NCBI GenBank assembly: GCA_963693365.1
Contig: CAVNZM010000010.1
Location: 2,418,001-2,482,000, forward strand
Source of the DNA: Amoebidium appalachense
Taxonomy: Eukaryota; Protista; Ichthyosporea
Direction: 5' to 3'
DNA length: 64,000 nucleotides
The position numbers and the translations under genes were made by a program. Every line of letters begins with the position of its first letter. Position 1 is the first letter of the stretch. The notes beneath the pieces were generated by a model. That model had not been told where the DNA came from and searched no databases. It saw nothing but the letters and a program-made list of their open reading frames with translations. Shown here piece after piece: positions 1 through 29,707 of this stretch.

Positions 1-114
1 TGTACACTGGTGCATACTGCCATGATCGGGGCAGCTTGACCCATATGCATGCCGTATTGATGCCAGCATGAGGCTCTACCCCCCCCCCCCTCCCCCCCCC
101 CCCCATATACATAT

Positions 115-166
<52 letters not shown>

Positions 167-1689
167 AAAAAAAAATCTCTTTTCAACATTTCTTCTTAAT
201 CCATGGCCACGAATCAACACAACCACAACCACAAACAACAAACGATGTATGTCGCACACACAAACCTTTCACAATTTACCCTGTCCTCATAACAGGGGTC
301 TTGAAAGATGATGCCTACAGATCTCGCAACTAACTGGGTTACGGTGGCCCGCCGGCGGGTTAATAGGAGCAAAGACAAAAAAAAAATTGTAGAGAAGAAA
401 AAGAAATGGGGGGAGACGGGGGTGGGGATTGGGGGGGGTGAGGGGGGGATGTGGGGACCGGTCGTAATGGGAAAGACTACACTAGGCTACCCTGAGACAT
501 CTGCGCCCGCTTCTAAAAGAATTTGTTGGCGGTTTCAAGTCCTGTCTTACTTTCTTTCTGTAAAACAGTTTACCTCACGACGGTCGGTTTCACGATTTCA
601 GGCACCTGAAACTAACTGGCCTTCCCATTTCACATGACCACAGTAGAAGTATGCATATGTGTACGTTGTTTGTCCCACAATCAAACACTCCAATTAATGC
701 ATTTGGGTGGGCGGGCTTTTTTTTTATATTATAGCCAAATCGGCCTAGCCAGGCCCCTGGGCCACTGCGATTCATGCACATGATCACACAAACATCGTGC
801 ATAGGGGCTCGCTACTGATTTCTATGGCTACGCCATATTGATTGGCTCAACCTCTGTCGCCTGCACAAAGGCCGCCCCACAAAACTTGCAGAAGAACTCG
901 GTGATAATCATATATATGATCATGAAAATGAAGTTTGATCAAGATGACAAGGGGAGGGAGCCTCAGGAGGAACAGACTGCCGTCACTGTGCACAGCCACG
1001 GGAGGGAAAGATGTGTGTATGTGTGTGTGCCTGTTGTTGGTCCGTGCACACGTGCAGATGTTTGTGTGTGGAGGGAGAGAGGGGAGGGAGGAGGAGGGGG
1101 GAGGAGGGGGGGGGGATTCGAGGACTGCATCGGTTGCCTTCCGAACAACCTCTAATGTGTCAACAGAGCTCTCACTTCGTTTGATTTTTTTATTTTTTTT
1201 GGTTGGCTTTTTGCACTTTTCTTATTTTTTTCGTTTTTCAATTTTTATCCTTTGGATTGTCAGAGAGAGAGTATATCAATTCTTTGCCTAGCCCTCATAA
1301 ACAATTTTAGGACGCCCAACAGAAAAGCGCCAAAACATACATATAGTTGTTTTTGTTTTTGAGATTCTACGCTTAAAAGGCAGGAATGCATCTTTCCGGG
1401 GGTAGATAATATAGACATAACACAAAATTTCTGACACATGCGAAACAAAAAGGGAACCTGATAGGAACCCGAAAATTAGTGCTATATGCCCATCTCGAGC
1501 CATTATTTTATGCTATCACGGATATAGGACATGCACATAGAAAAAATCAACCTCCAAATCACAAATGTTGCAAATGTCCATGATTCAGAGACACTTATGC
1601 AACGAAACAGTGCCCCAACGTAGAGATTTGCATGGGCTTTGAAAAGATATTAGATCTGACAAATAAAGCAAAATCACATGGTGAATACC

Positions 1690-1734
<45 letters not shown>

Positions 1735-1947
1735 CACACACACACACAAACACACCCTTCAACACACGAACACCCAAAAACAACAACATAAATTACCGAG
1801 AAAATGAAAAAAGAAGAAGGGAAAGAGATAAAAAGTGGGGCCGGAAAGACATAAAAATAAGGCCCACACCGCCTCTGCAAAAGTAGGGGAGAGTCAAAAA
1901 CACGGGAAAAAAAAAAAAAGAAAAAGAAAAAAAGAAAAAGGAATACG

Positions 1948-17792
<15,845 letters not shown>

Positions 17793-18416
17793 GTGCCGGA
17801 TTTGGGGGAGGTCAGACGCGCGTGGTGGCGGTGGCGCCAACCATACGAGCTTCGCTCCGACTCATCAGTTATCCTGTGTATGGCTACAACATGGAAAGCA
17901 ATGACACCAAGGCCACCTGGTGATGTGGGGCCCGAAATGAGGGGCTGGCCCCGGCTTGGTCGGCCAGGCACCTACGTGGGCCTCGGCCGACCCGTCTCAC
18001 GACAGTAGCTACCACTACACCAACTAGGTGGGGCTAGGTTTGTACTGCTGTTGTAGGTGCAAGAGGAGAGATGTTGTATGCAACGGTACAATTATGCACC
18101 AAGGGCCATAGGCGGGTCTCTACTTATGTCGTGCACACGGCCACTAACGGATGATGAAGCTATAGCACCTATTTATGAAGCTCAATGTGCAAACACCTTT
18201 GTCACATGAGAACAGAAAACACGGCAATGCAAGCTCTCTCTTCACATCCGAGTCCGTCCCTGGCCAAGGTTCATCAGGCTTGGCCCACACTGAGCCACCG
18301 AGGCTGAAAATAGCAACACGATCTCGTTCGGTTCAGTGAGGCCTGGCTATTTTTAAATGTATCTTGTGCGTGGATCAGCCCGCATGCATCATGCTGTCAT
18401 CTTTTTTTTTTTTTTT

Positions 18417-18447
<31 letters not shown>

Positions 18448-18969
18448 GGGTCCCAAATTTCACATTTCATCGATATAGATTATATGCAAATGCTGAAAAT
18501 CCATGCACAGAAATTTATAAAAACGTTTACTCTGTAAAGTCCTTTCGTACAAAGCACGTCACATGACATGCCACACTGCACAGGGGGTACCGGTGGATTT
18601 TAGAGCGTGTTTTATTGGGTGTGGTGTGTGGAGTGTGATATTGACCGTGCCTGGGGGATGGTGTATTCCCCTTCGTGTGTGTGTGTGTGCACGTGCGCGC
18701 CTGGCAGTGTCTGTGTGTGTGCCTCTGCAAAGAGTCTGCATGCGTGGTGGTGCCTCTCCTCCCCGGGGGGGGTTGAATGCGTCATAAAGTACGAAGTACA
18801 CAAGAACAACGGATAACACGATGCAGAGTGCAAACGATGCATGAAGAGTATGCATAATAAGCAGAGCCCATCCTCAGGGTGGGCCCACGTCATGCACAGT
18901 ACCCGAGCGTCGACCCATTCGCCTTGTTAACGGGGGGAGGGGGGGGGGGGGGGGGGGAACTGGCCATAA

Positions 18970-19031
<62 letters not shown>

Positions 19032-19443
19032 GAGCAACATTATTCTAGAGAATCATTATCTATTCCTACGGCTGCAAGTAAAACCAAATATCGTCTTGAA
19101 CACCAGGTTCACAGACAAGATAATCACCCCACAAACCCCAACATTGGGTGCCGTGGTGCGAAGTCCTTTTCATTACCTATTTGCACAGAACATGCAACAC
19201 TTCAACATGAAAGCCCCCCTTCCCCACCTCCCTCCCCCCTCTAAAAAGAATCATTTTAGCAACCCCCCTCCCTACCCCTCCCCAAAACAAACATTATCTA
19301 TAGTAATGGAAAAGCATATAAAAAAATGTACGAGCTACAGCATACTTCTTACCTGACTCACACCATTCATTCACAAATGTGCCCATATATCGCCACCAAC
19401 AGACCACTGAAAAAAAAAAAGAGAGAGAAAAGGAAAAAACCCT

Positions 19444-20440
19444 CTATGCAGGCTTCTTCTTGCTTGTTGGGCGGCTTATAACCTGTTGGGCCTTCAACCC
19501 CCCGAGTTTCTGCTGTGTCTTGAGCACGCCCTGGCTGTTTTCTGCCCACGGTGACTCGAAGTTGGTGGTGTCTTCGGCTGAAAGATGTGTCCACTTGGTG
19601 CGCCCGGCACGTCCTGAGAAGGTGAGACATTAGGTACTATAAATTTATTTATTTATTTATTTTTAGCATACCGTATGTGTTAGACAAAGAGACGAAGGAA
19701 AGCATGAAGTGCCTTGGATAAAAAGTTTGTGTAATTCATGTGTAAGAATGGAAATGGTGGATATTAGAGAAGTACGCATCTTGAGGAACAGTGGAATTCC
19801 AACGGGTGCCCCCCCCCCCCCCCCCCCCCCCCCCTCCCCCCAGCTCCCCACCACCACCTCCCTCCCTCCCTTTCACAGCCCGAAAAAAAAAAAGAAAAAA
19901 AAAAGGCCCACCGGGATACGGTAAGTTCTTTACGTGATTTTAAAAGCATAGACGTTGCAGCTTCTGAATGAACCACAGCATAACAAAGAAGCGAAAGGCA
20001 TCAAAAGAGGTTTCCAGGAGGGGGGGGGGGGGGGGGGGGGGATCAAGAAATGGGTTCCTTTTTTTTCCCCGGGGGGAAGGTGGGGCCCATACCGAAATTC
20101 TTGACCTGCATGACCTTTGGCAGGATGGTCTTGTCGACTGCATCCATTCCCGTTGCGGCGCTGTAGTCTCTCTTGTACACGTCATCCTCCTTCTCAGACA
20201 CAAAGAACGCACCACGGTGGTAGTACTTTTGCAGGAACTTGTACGACCCCTTGGGCATCTGTGTGTGTTTGTGTGTGTGTGTGGGGGGGGGGGGGGGGGG
20301 AGGGGGAAGGGGGGGATGTGTGTGTGTTTGTGTTTTTGTGTGCGTGTGTGTGTGTGCAGGTGTGTACACGTGTCTGTGTGCGCGACTACCTTTGTGTGTG
20401 TGTTTATGTGTTTATGTGTTTGTGTGTGTGTGTGTGTGTC

Positions 20441-20513
<73 letters not shown>

Positions 20514-21621
20514 TGTGTACGGAAGTATGTGCGAGCATCTTCGTGCATGTGCGCGTGTGTTGGCCAGCCGGGGGGGTCTCGAGATCGGGGAGGAGGAGGG
20601 TTAGCTAAACATGTGTATTTTGAGGATTGGGGGGACGAGAGGAAAGGAAAAGGAAGGGAGGGGAGGGGGGGGGAGGGGGGGGGGGGGGAGGGGGGGGGGG
20701 GAGGGGGGGGAGGGGTGAAGGACATAAGTAGAGAAAGAGGGAAGGAAAGAGGAAAGGAAAGTGGAAGAAGTGTGTGTAGTTGCCACAGTCGGTACATGTG
20801 CATGCATGCAGCACCAAAATCAAAAAGAATAACTATGTTCCCTGTTGTGATAAGAATCAAAGCACTAGGAAGGTGAAATCCCACAACGTTCAGCACAAAT
20901 GCAAGGCAATGCCCACACAAGAAACGAACCAAAAAGGAAGAACTCAACATGTACAGACATGCAGAATGAAAACTGCAAAAGCAGCAACCCCCCCCCCCCC
21001 CCCCCCCCCCCCCCCAACACACACACACAGACACACAAACCCACACATTCCACAGATAGTAAGCCTGTAAAAAAAAAAAAACTGTATGATAGTAACAACA
21101 ACATGGTTCCCTGTGTACGTACCGCATTTGTGACGACCTTGTTATCCATCTTGATCTCTTCGTCCGTCAGCGTGCGTCGTTTCTCAACCTCCTCCTTCTC
21201 CCGCGCACGCACCTCCGCGGCATCCCTCTCCCGCTTGATTCTGGCCAGTTCTCGAACCTTCCATTTCTCATACTCCTCCTGCTCGTCCCCGTCCCCGTCC
21301 GAGAGCTCCCCCTCGTCCTCTTCGCTATCGACATCGGGTTTGACGATATCCGCCCTGTATAGGCACCCCCCCCAAAAAAAAGAGGAAAAAAGGATGTTAG
21401 GGTTTCAGGAATTATAAGAAGTTGAGTAAAAGATATGTTGGGGCTTTGGGATATAAAATATGTCTGATTGAATGGAAGAAATATTTGCACTCTCCAATAA
21501 GAAAAACTGTATTAGGGTGTCGGAATAGTTTAAATTAAGTCAAAGAAAAAAATGCACACACACACCGCGCACACGCGCGAACGCACGCATGCACGCACGC
21601 ACATGCGCACACGCACGCACA

Positions 21622-21690
<69 letters not shown>

Positions 21691-23021
21691 GCACGCACGC
21701 ACGCAAGCACGCACGCAAGCACGCACGCAAGCACGCACCCACACACGCACGCACACCATCACCACCAGCACGTGCCGGTCAATAGCACATACGTAGCCTG
21801 GGTGGGGGGAGGGGTACAACATACATATGTGTAACGGACAGGAACACATCCATAACGGACAACACAATGCGGAATGCCAAGCGTGACACAGAGAATATTC
21901 ATAACAAGCAGGGCACATCCCATCGGGATTGGGGGGGTGGGAGGTGCGCGCACGTGCGCATGACCGTCCACCTGCGTGTGATGTGTACGTGCATGCGTGT
22001 GCATGCGTGTGAGTGTGTGTGCGCGCGCGCGTGCGCCTGTGTTGTTAGCGCAATTGTGTGTGTATGTGCGTGAGCATGTGTGCGCTTGTGCGCGCGCGAA
22101 TGCGTGGGCATGTGCATGTGTGTATGTGTCCACGTATGTGTGTATTTGTGTGAATCTGTGCGCACGTGTGTATAGAAGTGTATGACTGGTGAACTTGAAG
22201 GGCAGAGAAGGGAGAGGCGGGGGAAGGGAGGAAGGGAAGGGAGGCGTGAGGACGGGAGGCAGGGGGAGAAGGGGGGGGAGGGGAGGGAAGATGATCATAA
22301 GGGGATGCATCGTTTTACGCACTTGACAGCCTCTGCCACCATATTGTGCGAGTCCTTCTTCCTCTCCTCCATCGCCCTCTGTCTCGCCTCCTCTGCTGCA
22401 AGTTCGTCCCTCTCCCTCTGTTCCCTCTCCTTGATCGTTAACCTGTCCGTCTTGCGCACAAACACGGGTTTCAGCAACGTTTCATCCTGCGATTCCTCCT
22501 CCTCCTCCGAATCCGTCACCTCTTCGTATTCGCTCTCTTCTTCCTCTTCTCCCTCCTCCTCCTCCCCCTTGTCTTCCGCTTCCATTGCTCGTGCTTTTGC
22601 TTGTACTGCTTCGTCTTCCTCCTGTTTTCGTTTTGCGAGCGCTTTGAGTCGCAGGAGTTCGCGCCGTTTGGATATCGCCTCGTCATCTTCGTCTTCTTGG
22701 TCGCTCCCCGCATCTCTGAGGGAAACAAAAAGCGTATAAGGATACAAACATAAAAATATAATTTATATATTAAAAAAACCTCTGACTTATTTGTCCAAAT
22801 ATAAAACTATAGGTCGTTCGAGTAAGTTGATGCGGATGGGGAACAAAACAGGGGAACAGGAGTCGCGGAAATCTAGCGGGAGAGAGTTGGATGAAGGGGG
22901 AAGCGGGAGGGGAGGGGGGGGGGGTACCGCAAGGCCTGTGTTCGTGTGTGTGTGTGCGTGTGTGTGTGTGTGTGCGCGTGTGTGTGCATGCACGCGCCTA
23001 TGTGCATGTGTGTGTATGGGG

Positions 23022-23074
<53 letters not shown>

Positions 23075-23087
23075 CTGTGTGCGTGTG

Positions 23088-23127
<40 letters not shown>

Positions 23128-23543
23128 TGTGTGTGTCAGTGTGGGTATGTGTGTGTGTGTGTGTGTGTGTGTCAGTGTGGTTATGTGTGTGTGTGTGCGT
23201 GTGTGTGGATGGTATGTGCTCATGTAGGCACATGTATGTCCCCTAACAGGGTGAAGGCAGAACGGATGTCAGTACATGCTCTTAAGCACAAGAATTGACC
23301 GTGTTTCAGGTTCTGTTCGCTATTGCACGTGTACGCCCGTGTGTGGGTGTTGGCTTGCTCGTGTATGTTCCCCGTCTTTTAACCATGATTTGCATACACG
23401 AATGTAGGTGAAAATGTGCAAATCTGCCTATGTGCGGTTTATCAAAAGGTTTCTATGTAATACGTGGGTGTGATATCCTTTCATGAGCCAAAGTCTTGGT
23501 GCCTTGCCCCCGGGGTGGGGTTGGGGGGGGGGGGGAAGAAGGG

Positions 23544-23592
<49 letters not shown>

Positions 23593-25358
23593 GGGACAGG
23601 AGGGGAGGGAGAGGAACGGGAGGAACAGGGATGGGGGGGGGGGGCGAGCGAATGAGAGAGTCTCTTCGAGTGTGTGTTTGCGTGCGCACATGTGTGCACG
23701 TGTGTGTTTGCACGCATGCACGCCCGTGCATGCGTGTGTGGGTGTGTCTTTGATACCTCTGGGGTCTCCTTGGCCTCTCCTCCTCCTCCTCCTCCTCCAC
23801 ATCTCCCCCCCTCCTCCTCCTCACCACCACCTCCGCCTCGAACCTCCGCCTGCTCCCCCCCTCCCCCTCGCTACTTTCCGCTGCCGCCCTTCTCCGTTGC
23901 ATCAATCGTGCAAGGCGGGGGTCTGACGATGCTTCTTCCTCCACGAGGGGTTTTTCTTTATCTTCTATGCGCTTGTCTTGCACAACCTCGATTTCCTCGT
24001 CTTCCTCCTAGATATCACAAGGTGTCAGTATTGAGGTTAAAGGATAAATGGGATATGCTAATGTCTCCTCCTGATTATTAGTGATGTGAGTGTATATAGG
24101 GTGGGTCTAGTGAATAGAAGAGTGGTGAAGAGCGGTTCCTCCTTTAAGCCATGGATGCCGGTAAAGAGGCTGATAGTTTTATGGGTGAAGTCCTCTTGGA
24201 AATCCAAGGAGAATAGCATAGAGGTTAATGAGTACATGTACACGAATTACTTCTCCTTGTGTGTGTTTGTGTGTGCGCGCGTGCGCGTGCATGTGCACAA
24301 GCGCGCTTGCACGTGTGTTCGCGCATGTGGAATAGGGGAAGACACAAGCGGAAGAATTCCTGAATCGACATGATGAAAAAGAGAGCAAAAGAAGAAGTAG
24401 GAGGGACAAAGGGAGAACGGGGACAGTTACCATGAGAGGGTGAGGGCCAAGGGGCGGATGGAGGAAGGTTTAAAGCCATGATGGGGTGGAAGGGAGAGAG
24501 CCGAAGGGGGGGGGGGGGGGGGAGCGAGACAGGACTAGCAAAGCACGAGTCTGCAAACAACGCGCAAGAGCACGGGGAAATAACGTGTGTGAGAGGAAGC
24601 TGAGCCCAGAAAAATGAACGGCGAAGTAAAGCGCCTACGCCAAGGGGGGGGGGGAGGGGGGGGGGGAGGAGGAGAGGGCGGAGGGAGGTAAGAGATGAAC
24701 ACGAGGTGTTGTCGGTTGAGTGCATGCAGGACACCTGTGTGTTGGCTCCGTGTGACAGAGGCCGTGCAGTGTGTGCTGTGATAGAGTGTGTGCGTGTGTG
24801 GGCGTATCTGTGTGTGCGTGCTTCTCTCAGTGTTTGTGTGAACCTGGGGGTGAATGAGCGCCTGCTCTTGGACAAGTATGTGTGTGAGCGCTAGTATGCA
24901 TCCTTATGCTCTCTCTCTATCTCTCTCCCTCCATTTCTCTCTCTCTCCCCCTTTCTGCCTCTCTCTCTCTTTCTGTGTGTGTGTGGGGGGGGGGGGGGGG
25001 GGGGGGTGTGCATGTGTGTGTGAGTGTGTGTGTGTATGTATGTGTGTGTTGTGTGCTTGTGTGAGCGTGTGTGTGTGTGTGTGCGCGCGCGCAAACACGC
25101 ATACCCATACAACTTAACAGACTGACGCGCCAGTTTCCTCTTAAACGTACTCCGACAGGTACCAAGCCGAAGGGAAGCAATACAAGAGCAAAAAGACGAA
25201 CATCAACAGAACCGACCCACCTCTTCATCATCTGAACGTGGAGCATAGTCTGGACGTTTGCCCGGCACATAGCGCTTGACCTTAACCTTTTGCATCACCA
25301 ACACACCCTTGTCGTTCTTGACCGGTACAGCTCCGGCCGTGGAGAGGAAATCAGCCAT
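19444..25358 (-). CDS. MFAP1: Microfibrillar-associated protein 1 (spliceosomal B-complex protein), 6 exons, about 449 aa
   Basis: Exons 25358-25221, 24007-23757, 22715-22323, 21354-21123, 20258-20093, 19613-19444 (1350 nt, GT-AG, phases consistent). Motifs: [13 protein letters not shown]...[86 protein letters not shown]. Confidence 0.96.
21555..21755. repeat. (GCAC)n tetranucleotide microsatellite in an MFAP1 intron
   Basis: Direct reading of tandem gcac units. A similar array lies at about 12875-12930. Confidence 0.9.
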
Positions 25359-25745
25359 GTTTTACTTAGTTTCTCAGGCACACGAGAACGTGTGTGCGTA
25401 GGGATATCTGGCGCTACCCCGTAAAGAGGATTTAAAACGTACGGCCGTATGATTTAGCCAAAACCATGAACTTCAATTTTTTTCTGGTCCTTTGTGCTAT
25501 TCACTGGTTAGAGTAGATGTGTCACTTCCCTTTCAAAACAAAGGCCATGCGTCAGCCGCTCCAACATCAAGTGGCCACAACCAGAAGAACTTGCATTCGA
25601 ACCTAAAGGGAAAGAAGACGCTGCTGTTGTAAGCTTTGTCTGTCTATTCTGTACGGTGGCAGCTAAGATGACATAAGTAAAAAAAAATAAGCAATATTGT
25701 ACTCTTGACACCTCTCTGTACACAAATCCCTTGTTCTCTCTCTCG

Positions 25746-25836
<91 letters not shown>

Positions 25837-26348
25837 CTTGTGTCCCAGTGAAATGTAAAATCCCGTTCAAAAAACGGCGTCCGCATTTAGCCGATATGTT
25901 TAGACCATCATATCGGGTATTCTTATACCAACATTAGGCCTATTTACGATCACAGAAACATTGCAAAGGGGCTCAATAAGAAAGTTTGCGGTTGGGCTCC
26001 TATTGGCTGGGCCTCAGAGCCACACCGTGACGTAACTATCCGACGCCGCCACATGTGCCAGTCAGACACCAAAAAGTATCGGGAAAAAGTCACACGTGTT
26101 TTTTCAGTGTGTATGTGTAGCCACATTCTTGGAAGCTCGTTAAATTCGCTCGGCAGGGGTGTGGCGTTGGGCTTTTTTTTCTAATATTCTGGAGGGGTTT
26201 TTTTGGTAGAAACTCCCTTGATGAAAGGCCGAGCGAGCTAATCAGTCAGTCTGTCACCAGCTCTTCATCTTGTCGGTGCGAAGTGCCCACACCTCCATTA
26301 CCAGTACATTTCGAAAGACATCAGGACTGCTTCAGAGACAACGAGAAA
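25359..26348. promoter_or_regulatory. Probable bidirectional promoter region between head-to-head MFAP1 and PAM18
   Basis: About 990 bp between divergent start codons. It contains a (CT)n tract (about 25735-25832), ATTGG (reverse CCAAT) near 26002 and a TGACGT motif near 26028. Function is inferred from gene arrangement only. Confidence 0.5.
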
Positions 26349-27842
26349 ATGGTAATTTCCATCCCCTCCCATTTTTTCCGTTCCGTTTTTGTTGTCAAGT
26401 CTCAGAAGCTGGAGCTGTTTGAATTCCTTTGTTTTAGGGGTTTGGAAAACTAAACGTACAATGGCTCTTTACATAGGTGCTAGTGTTAGTGAAGCACAGT
26501 GTGACACGAATTCTACATCCACGCTTGTGTGAAAGCTTCCCTAATTTGAATCTGGTTTGTGTTTTTGCAGACCGCTGCTAGCTGTATAAAAACATGTTTG
26601 TTTAGCAGTTGCTCAAGGCAGGACACTTGCTGTTTCACCTGCTTTGTTTTCGTTTAAGCACGCCATTTTATCCCCACAGTCTCTCTTTCTGGGCAGAACT
26701 TGTACGCACACAACCAAGATCACACATAGGCACAAAGAGAAGCTCACGAATGCTTGCATAGACATCCACGGTCGATGGGCTAGTAGTTTTCTGCATGCTT
26801 TTGCGAAGCATTTCAAATAGACTTGCTCACTCACAGGCTTACCAATCTACCCACACGTGTTGGCACAAATGCACCTATTGGCGTTTAATGGTAATACACT
26901 TGCACAGTGTCAAAACAAGGCCATATAACTAGCCACACACACATCGTAGCACACTTGTACACTTGTGTATGGACAAGTAGGTGCAGACACATTCAGAGAT
27001 TGCAACCGCACGTACACGCACACACTCGTGCTTTAGCACTTGCACCAAACGCACACGAAGGCAGACAGCCTCTTTTGCATCACGCAATGCACACATGGTT
27101 CTCGTCTAACCTACCTAACTATATATTATATCTACCAAGTTGCTTAATGGTCATATGCACACATTTGATTTCTTCTACCTTACCTCAACTCTAAGCCTGC
27201 CCAGATGTGTTGCTCACTCTCTTTTACACCCCCAGAGCACTGCCATCGTTGTTGGTGTGGGCCTTGTGGCAGTGGGTGTCGGGGGCCGCGCTGCCCTGGC
27301 TGCATACTCAAAGTGAGTAGTGTGGCGAGTCTGGGAAGGTCATGGAATAGTTATTTCACTTCTTATTTTTGTCCCCCCCCCCTCCCCCCCCCCCCCCCCC
27401 CCAAAAAAAAAAAAAAAAAAAAAAACAAAAACACTCCGCCCCTCGTTTTCCCTTCTTCTTCCCGTGAAGGGAAGGGAGTGGGGTGGAGGGGAAGGGGGGG
27501 GGGGATTTGATTCAGCATTGAGGGGGGGGGGGGGAGGGGGGGGGGGTGAGTAGGCATGCAAGTCAGATGGATGGGCCTTTTTTTTTGTCGGCAGAATCAT
27601 TACTTGTTTTGGAAAGGTAAGTGGTGTGTGTGGTGGTGGTGATGGGGGGGGGGGGGGGGGGAGAAGGAGGTGATTTGCGTGGATCATTTCTTTTTGTTGG
27701 ATAGGCGGAAGAAGGGGACGGGGGGGTGGAGGGGGAGGATTCTAGTTGTTGATATGGAGCACATGATGGGCAACACATGTGCTTATGTCACAGCTGTGCA
27801 CTCAATGCTGGTCATCATGCCCCCTCCCCCCCCCCTCCCCCC

Positions 27843-27882
<40 letters not shown>

Positions 27883-28687
27883 GCACATCAATACCAAAAA
27901 ATTATGAAATAATGGGGGGTGGGGGTGGATTTTCCCTCCATTCCTGCTTGGTGTTCACGCTGGGGACACAATGGCTGGAACACTTCACCTATCAGTTTTT
28001 TTGTCATTGTTAGCTATCCCCACTGGTTTGCCATGGGAGGGGGTTTCTTTTAGGCCGATTTCCATGCCCTTCTGGTCAGGCCAAATTGCTTTTTGATGCG
28101 CATCTCACCAATCACAAGGCGTAACTTGCTTTCGAGTCTGGAGTCTAACCCGACCCGGATTTCTAAAAGAAATCCCCTTTGAATGAACGTTACCGTTTGA
28201 TGCCAGAGGCGGATCTATGCAGCTTTTTGTGGATCTGATTGTCGGTATTCCCGCTTCGGTTCTGAACCGACCCGGATTTCTAAAAGAAAGCCCCTTTAAA
28301 TGAATGCCAACTTTTAATGTCAGAGTCCGGATCCATGCCGCTTTTTGCGCATCTGACTGTTAAATCTTCACGGCAGGCTTGCACCCACCGTGGCCAGTAA
28401 ATATGCGGCGCTGCTGCAGTCGCCAGCCTTCACCATGAAGAGCTACTACAAGGGGGGGTTTGAGATGAACATGACGAAGAGGGAGGCCGGATTGGTGCTG
28501 GGCGTGAGGTGTGTAGCCGTGTGTGTCTGTGCCTGTGGGTGGGTTGGTTGGTGGGTGGGTGTGCGTTTGTGTGCGTGTGTGTGTGTGTTTATGTTTCTGA
28601 GCGTGTGTCTGTGTGTTCGTTTGTGTGTGTGTGTGTGTCGGTGTGTGTGTGTGTGCGTGTTTGGGCCCCGCAGGGCGGGAAGCATAT

Positions 28688-28722
<35 letters not shown>

Positions 28723-29007
28723 GTTTTTTTTGGGGGGTGGGGGGGGGGAAGGGGGGGGGGGGGATTAAGTCGGTGGGTGAGGGCACAAGGATGTGTTGGG
28801 ATGCAGAGTGTGCATAGCAGAGATGGCCGAGGCAAGGTGTGAGGGGGTGAGAAAGATGGTGGTGTTAACTGCCCATGGTCGGTGGTGTATGTGGTTCATA
28901 GTCTTATAGGGAGGGGTGTGTGCTGGTGGCATTGCACGTGCATGGTTGTGTGTATGTGTGTTTGGGGTTGGGCCTCTGGGGTTTGGGGGTTTTGAGGGTG
29001 TGTGTGT

Positions 29008-29042
<35 letters not shown>

Positions 29043-29455
29043 GACGGGAGAGGAATGTTTGGCCGGCAGATGGGAGTAGGGTCCATGGATAGGCTTTTGT
29101 GAGGGGGCGGAGGGATTTTGGGGTGGAGAGTTTCTAATCCATTCTATAATCCTCATCTATTCAGTCATGTATCAGTTATGTATTTTCTTATATATATCTA
29201 TATATATATATTATTTTTTCTGGTTTTTTTTTTTTTTTTTTTTTGGGGGGGGGGGGGGGTCGTTATTCAAGCTGTGCCCTGGTGCTGACGATTCTTTCCG
29301 GCCGATACAGCCCTGCAGCAGACATCAAGCGAGTGCGCGATGCCCACCGACGCATCATGCTGCTGAACCACCCTGACAGGGGGGGGTCTCCGTACCTGGC
29401 TGCAAAGATCAACGAGGCTAAGGACATCCTCGAGGGCAAGAAGAAGGCTTCATAA
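26349..29455 (+). CDS. PAM18: Mitochondrial import motor J-protein PAM18/TIM14 (DNAJC19-like), 4 exons, about 118 aa
   Basis: Exons 26349-26351 (ATG only, donor GTAATT), 27236-27312, 28377-28508, 29311-29455. Protein: [22 protein letters not shown]...[22 protein letters not shown]...[30 protein letters not shown], that is an N-terminal TM segment plus a J domain with HPD. The ATG-only first exon is the least certain part. Confidence 0.95.
28144..28362. repeat. Diverged tandem duplication, two copies of about 117 bp, at the 3' end of PAM18 intron 2
   Basis: ccgacccggatttctaaaagaaa.cccttt.aatgaa...gga tc.atgc.gctttttg.g.atctga.tgt occurs from about 28144 and again from 28261. Confidence 0.85.
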
Positions 29456-29497
29456 AAACCCTCGTTTATGTGTTTTTTTTGTTTGTTTTTTTTTGTT

Positions 29498-29538
<41 letters not shown>

Positions 29539-29672
29539 GTAGTTGTTTCTCACCAATTTTGGAATGTTCCGAAGATCCGAAGAACTCTTCTCTTAACCAT
29601 GCCATTTCGTGGTGTGGCTTTCTTTCCTAATGTTCGTTCACCACGCTATATGTTCAGTTTTGACCATCTAAC

Positions 29673-29707
<35 letters not shown>

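Noticed and set aside
281-1170. Possible exons of an upstream gene (for example ag|GGGTCTTGAAAGATGATGCC...TAA near 296-333, and 929-1155)
   Set aside because: No recognisable domain and no consistent exon chain. It could be a terminal exon or PAN3 3' flank, but I cannot support a call.
17793-17840. ORF-track TTG start extending PAN3 exon 1
   Set aside because: A non-ATG start is unsupported in a eukaryote. An in-frame stop lies at 17864-17862 and the first ATG is at 17792.
24020-24245. Non-repetitive tract in MFAP1 intron 1 that might be a TE relic or exon
   Set aside because: No recognisable motif, terminal repeat or phase-compatible splice pair.
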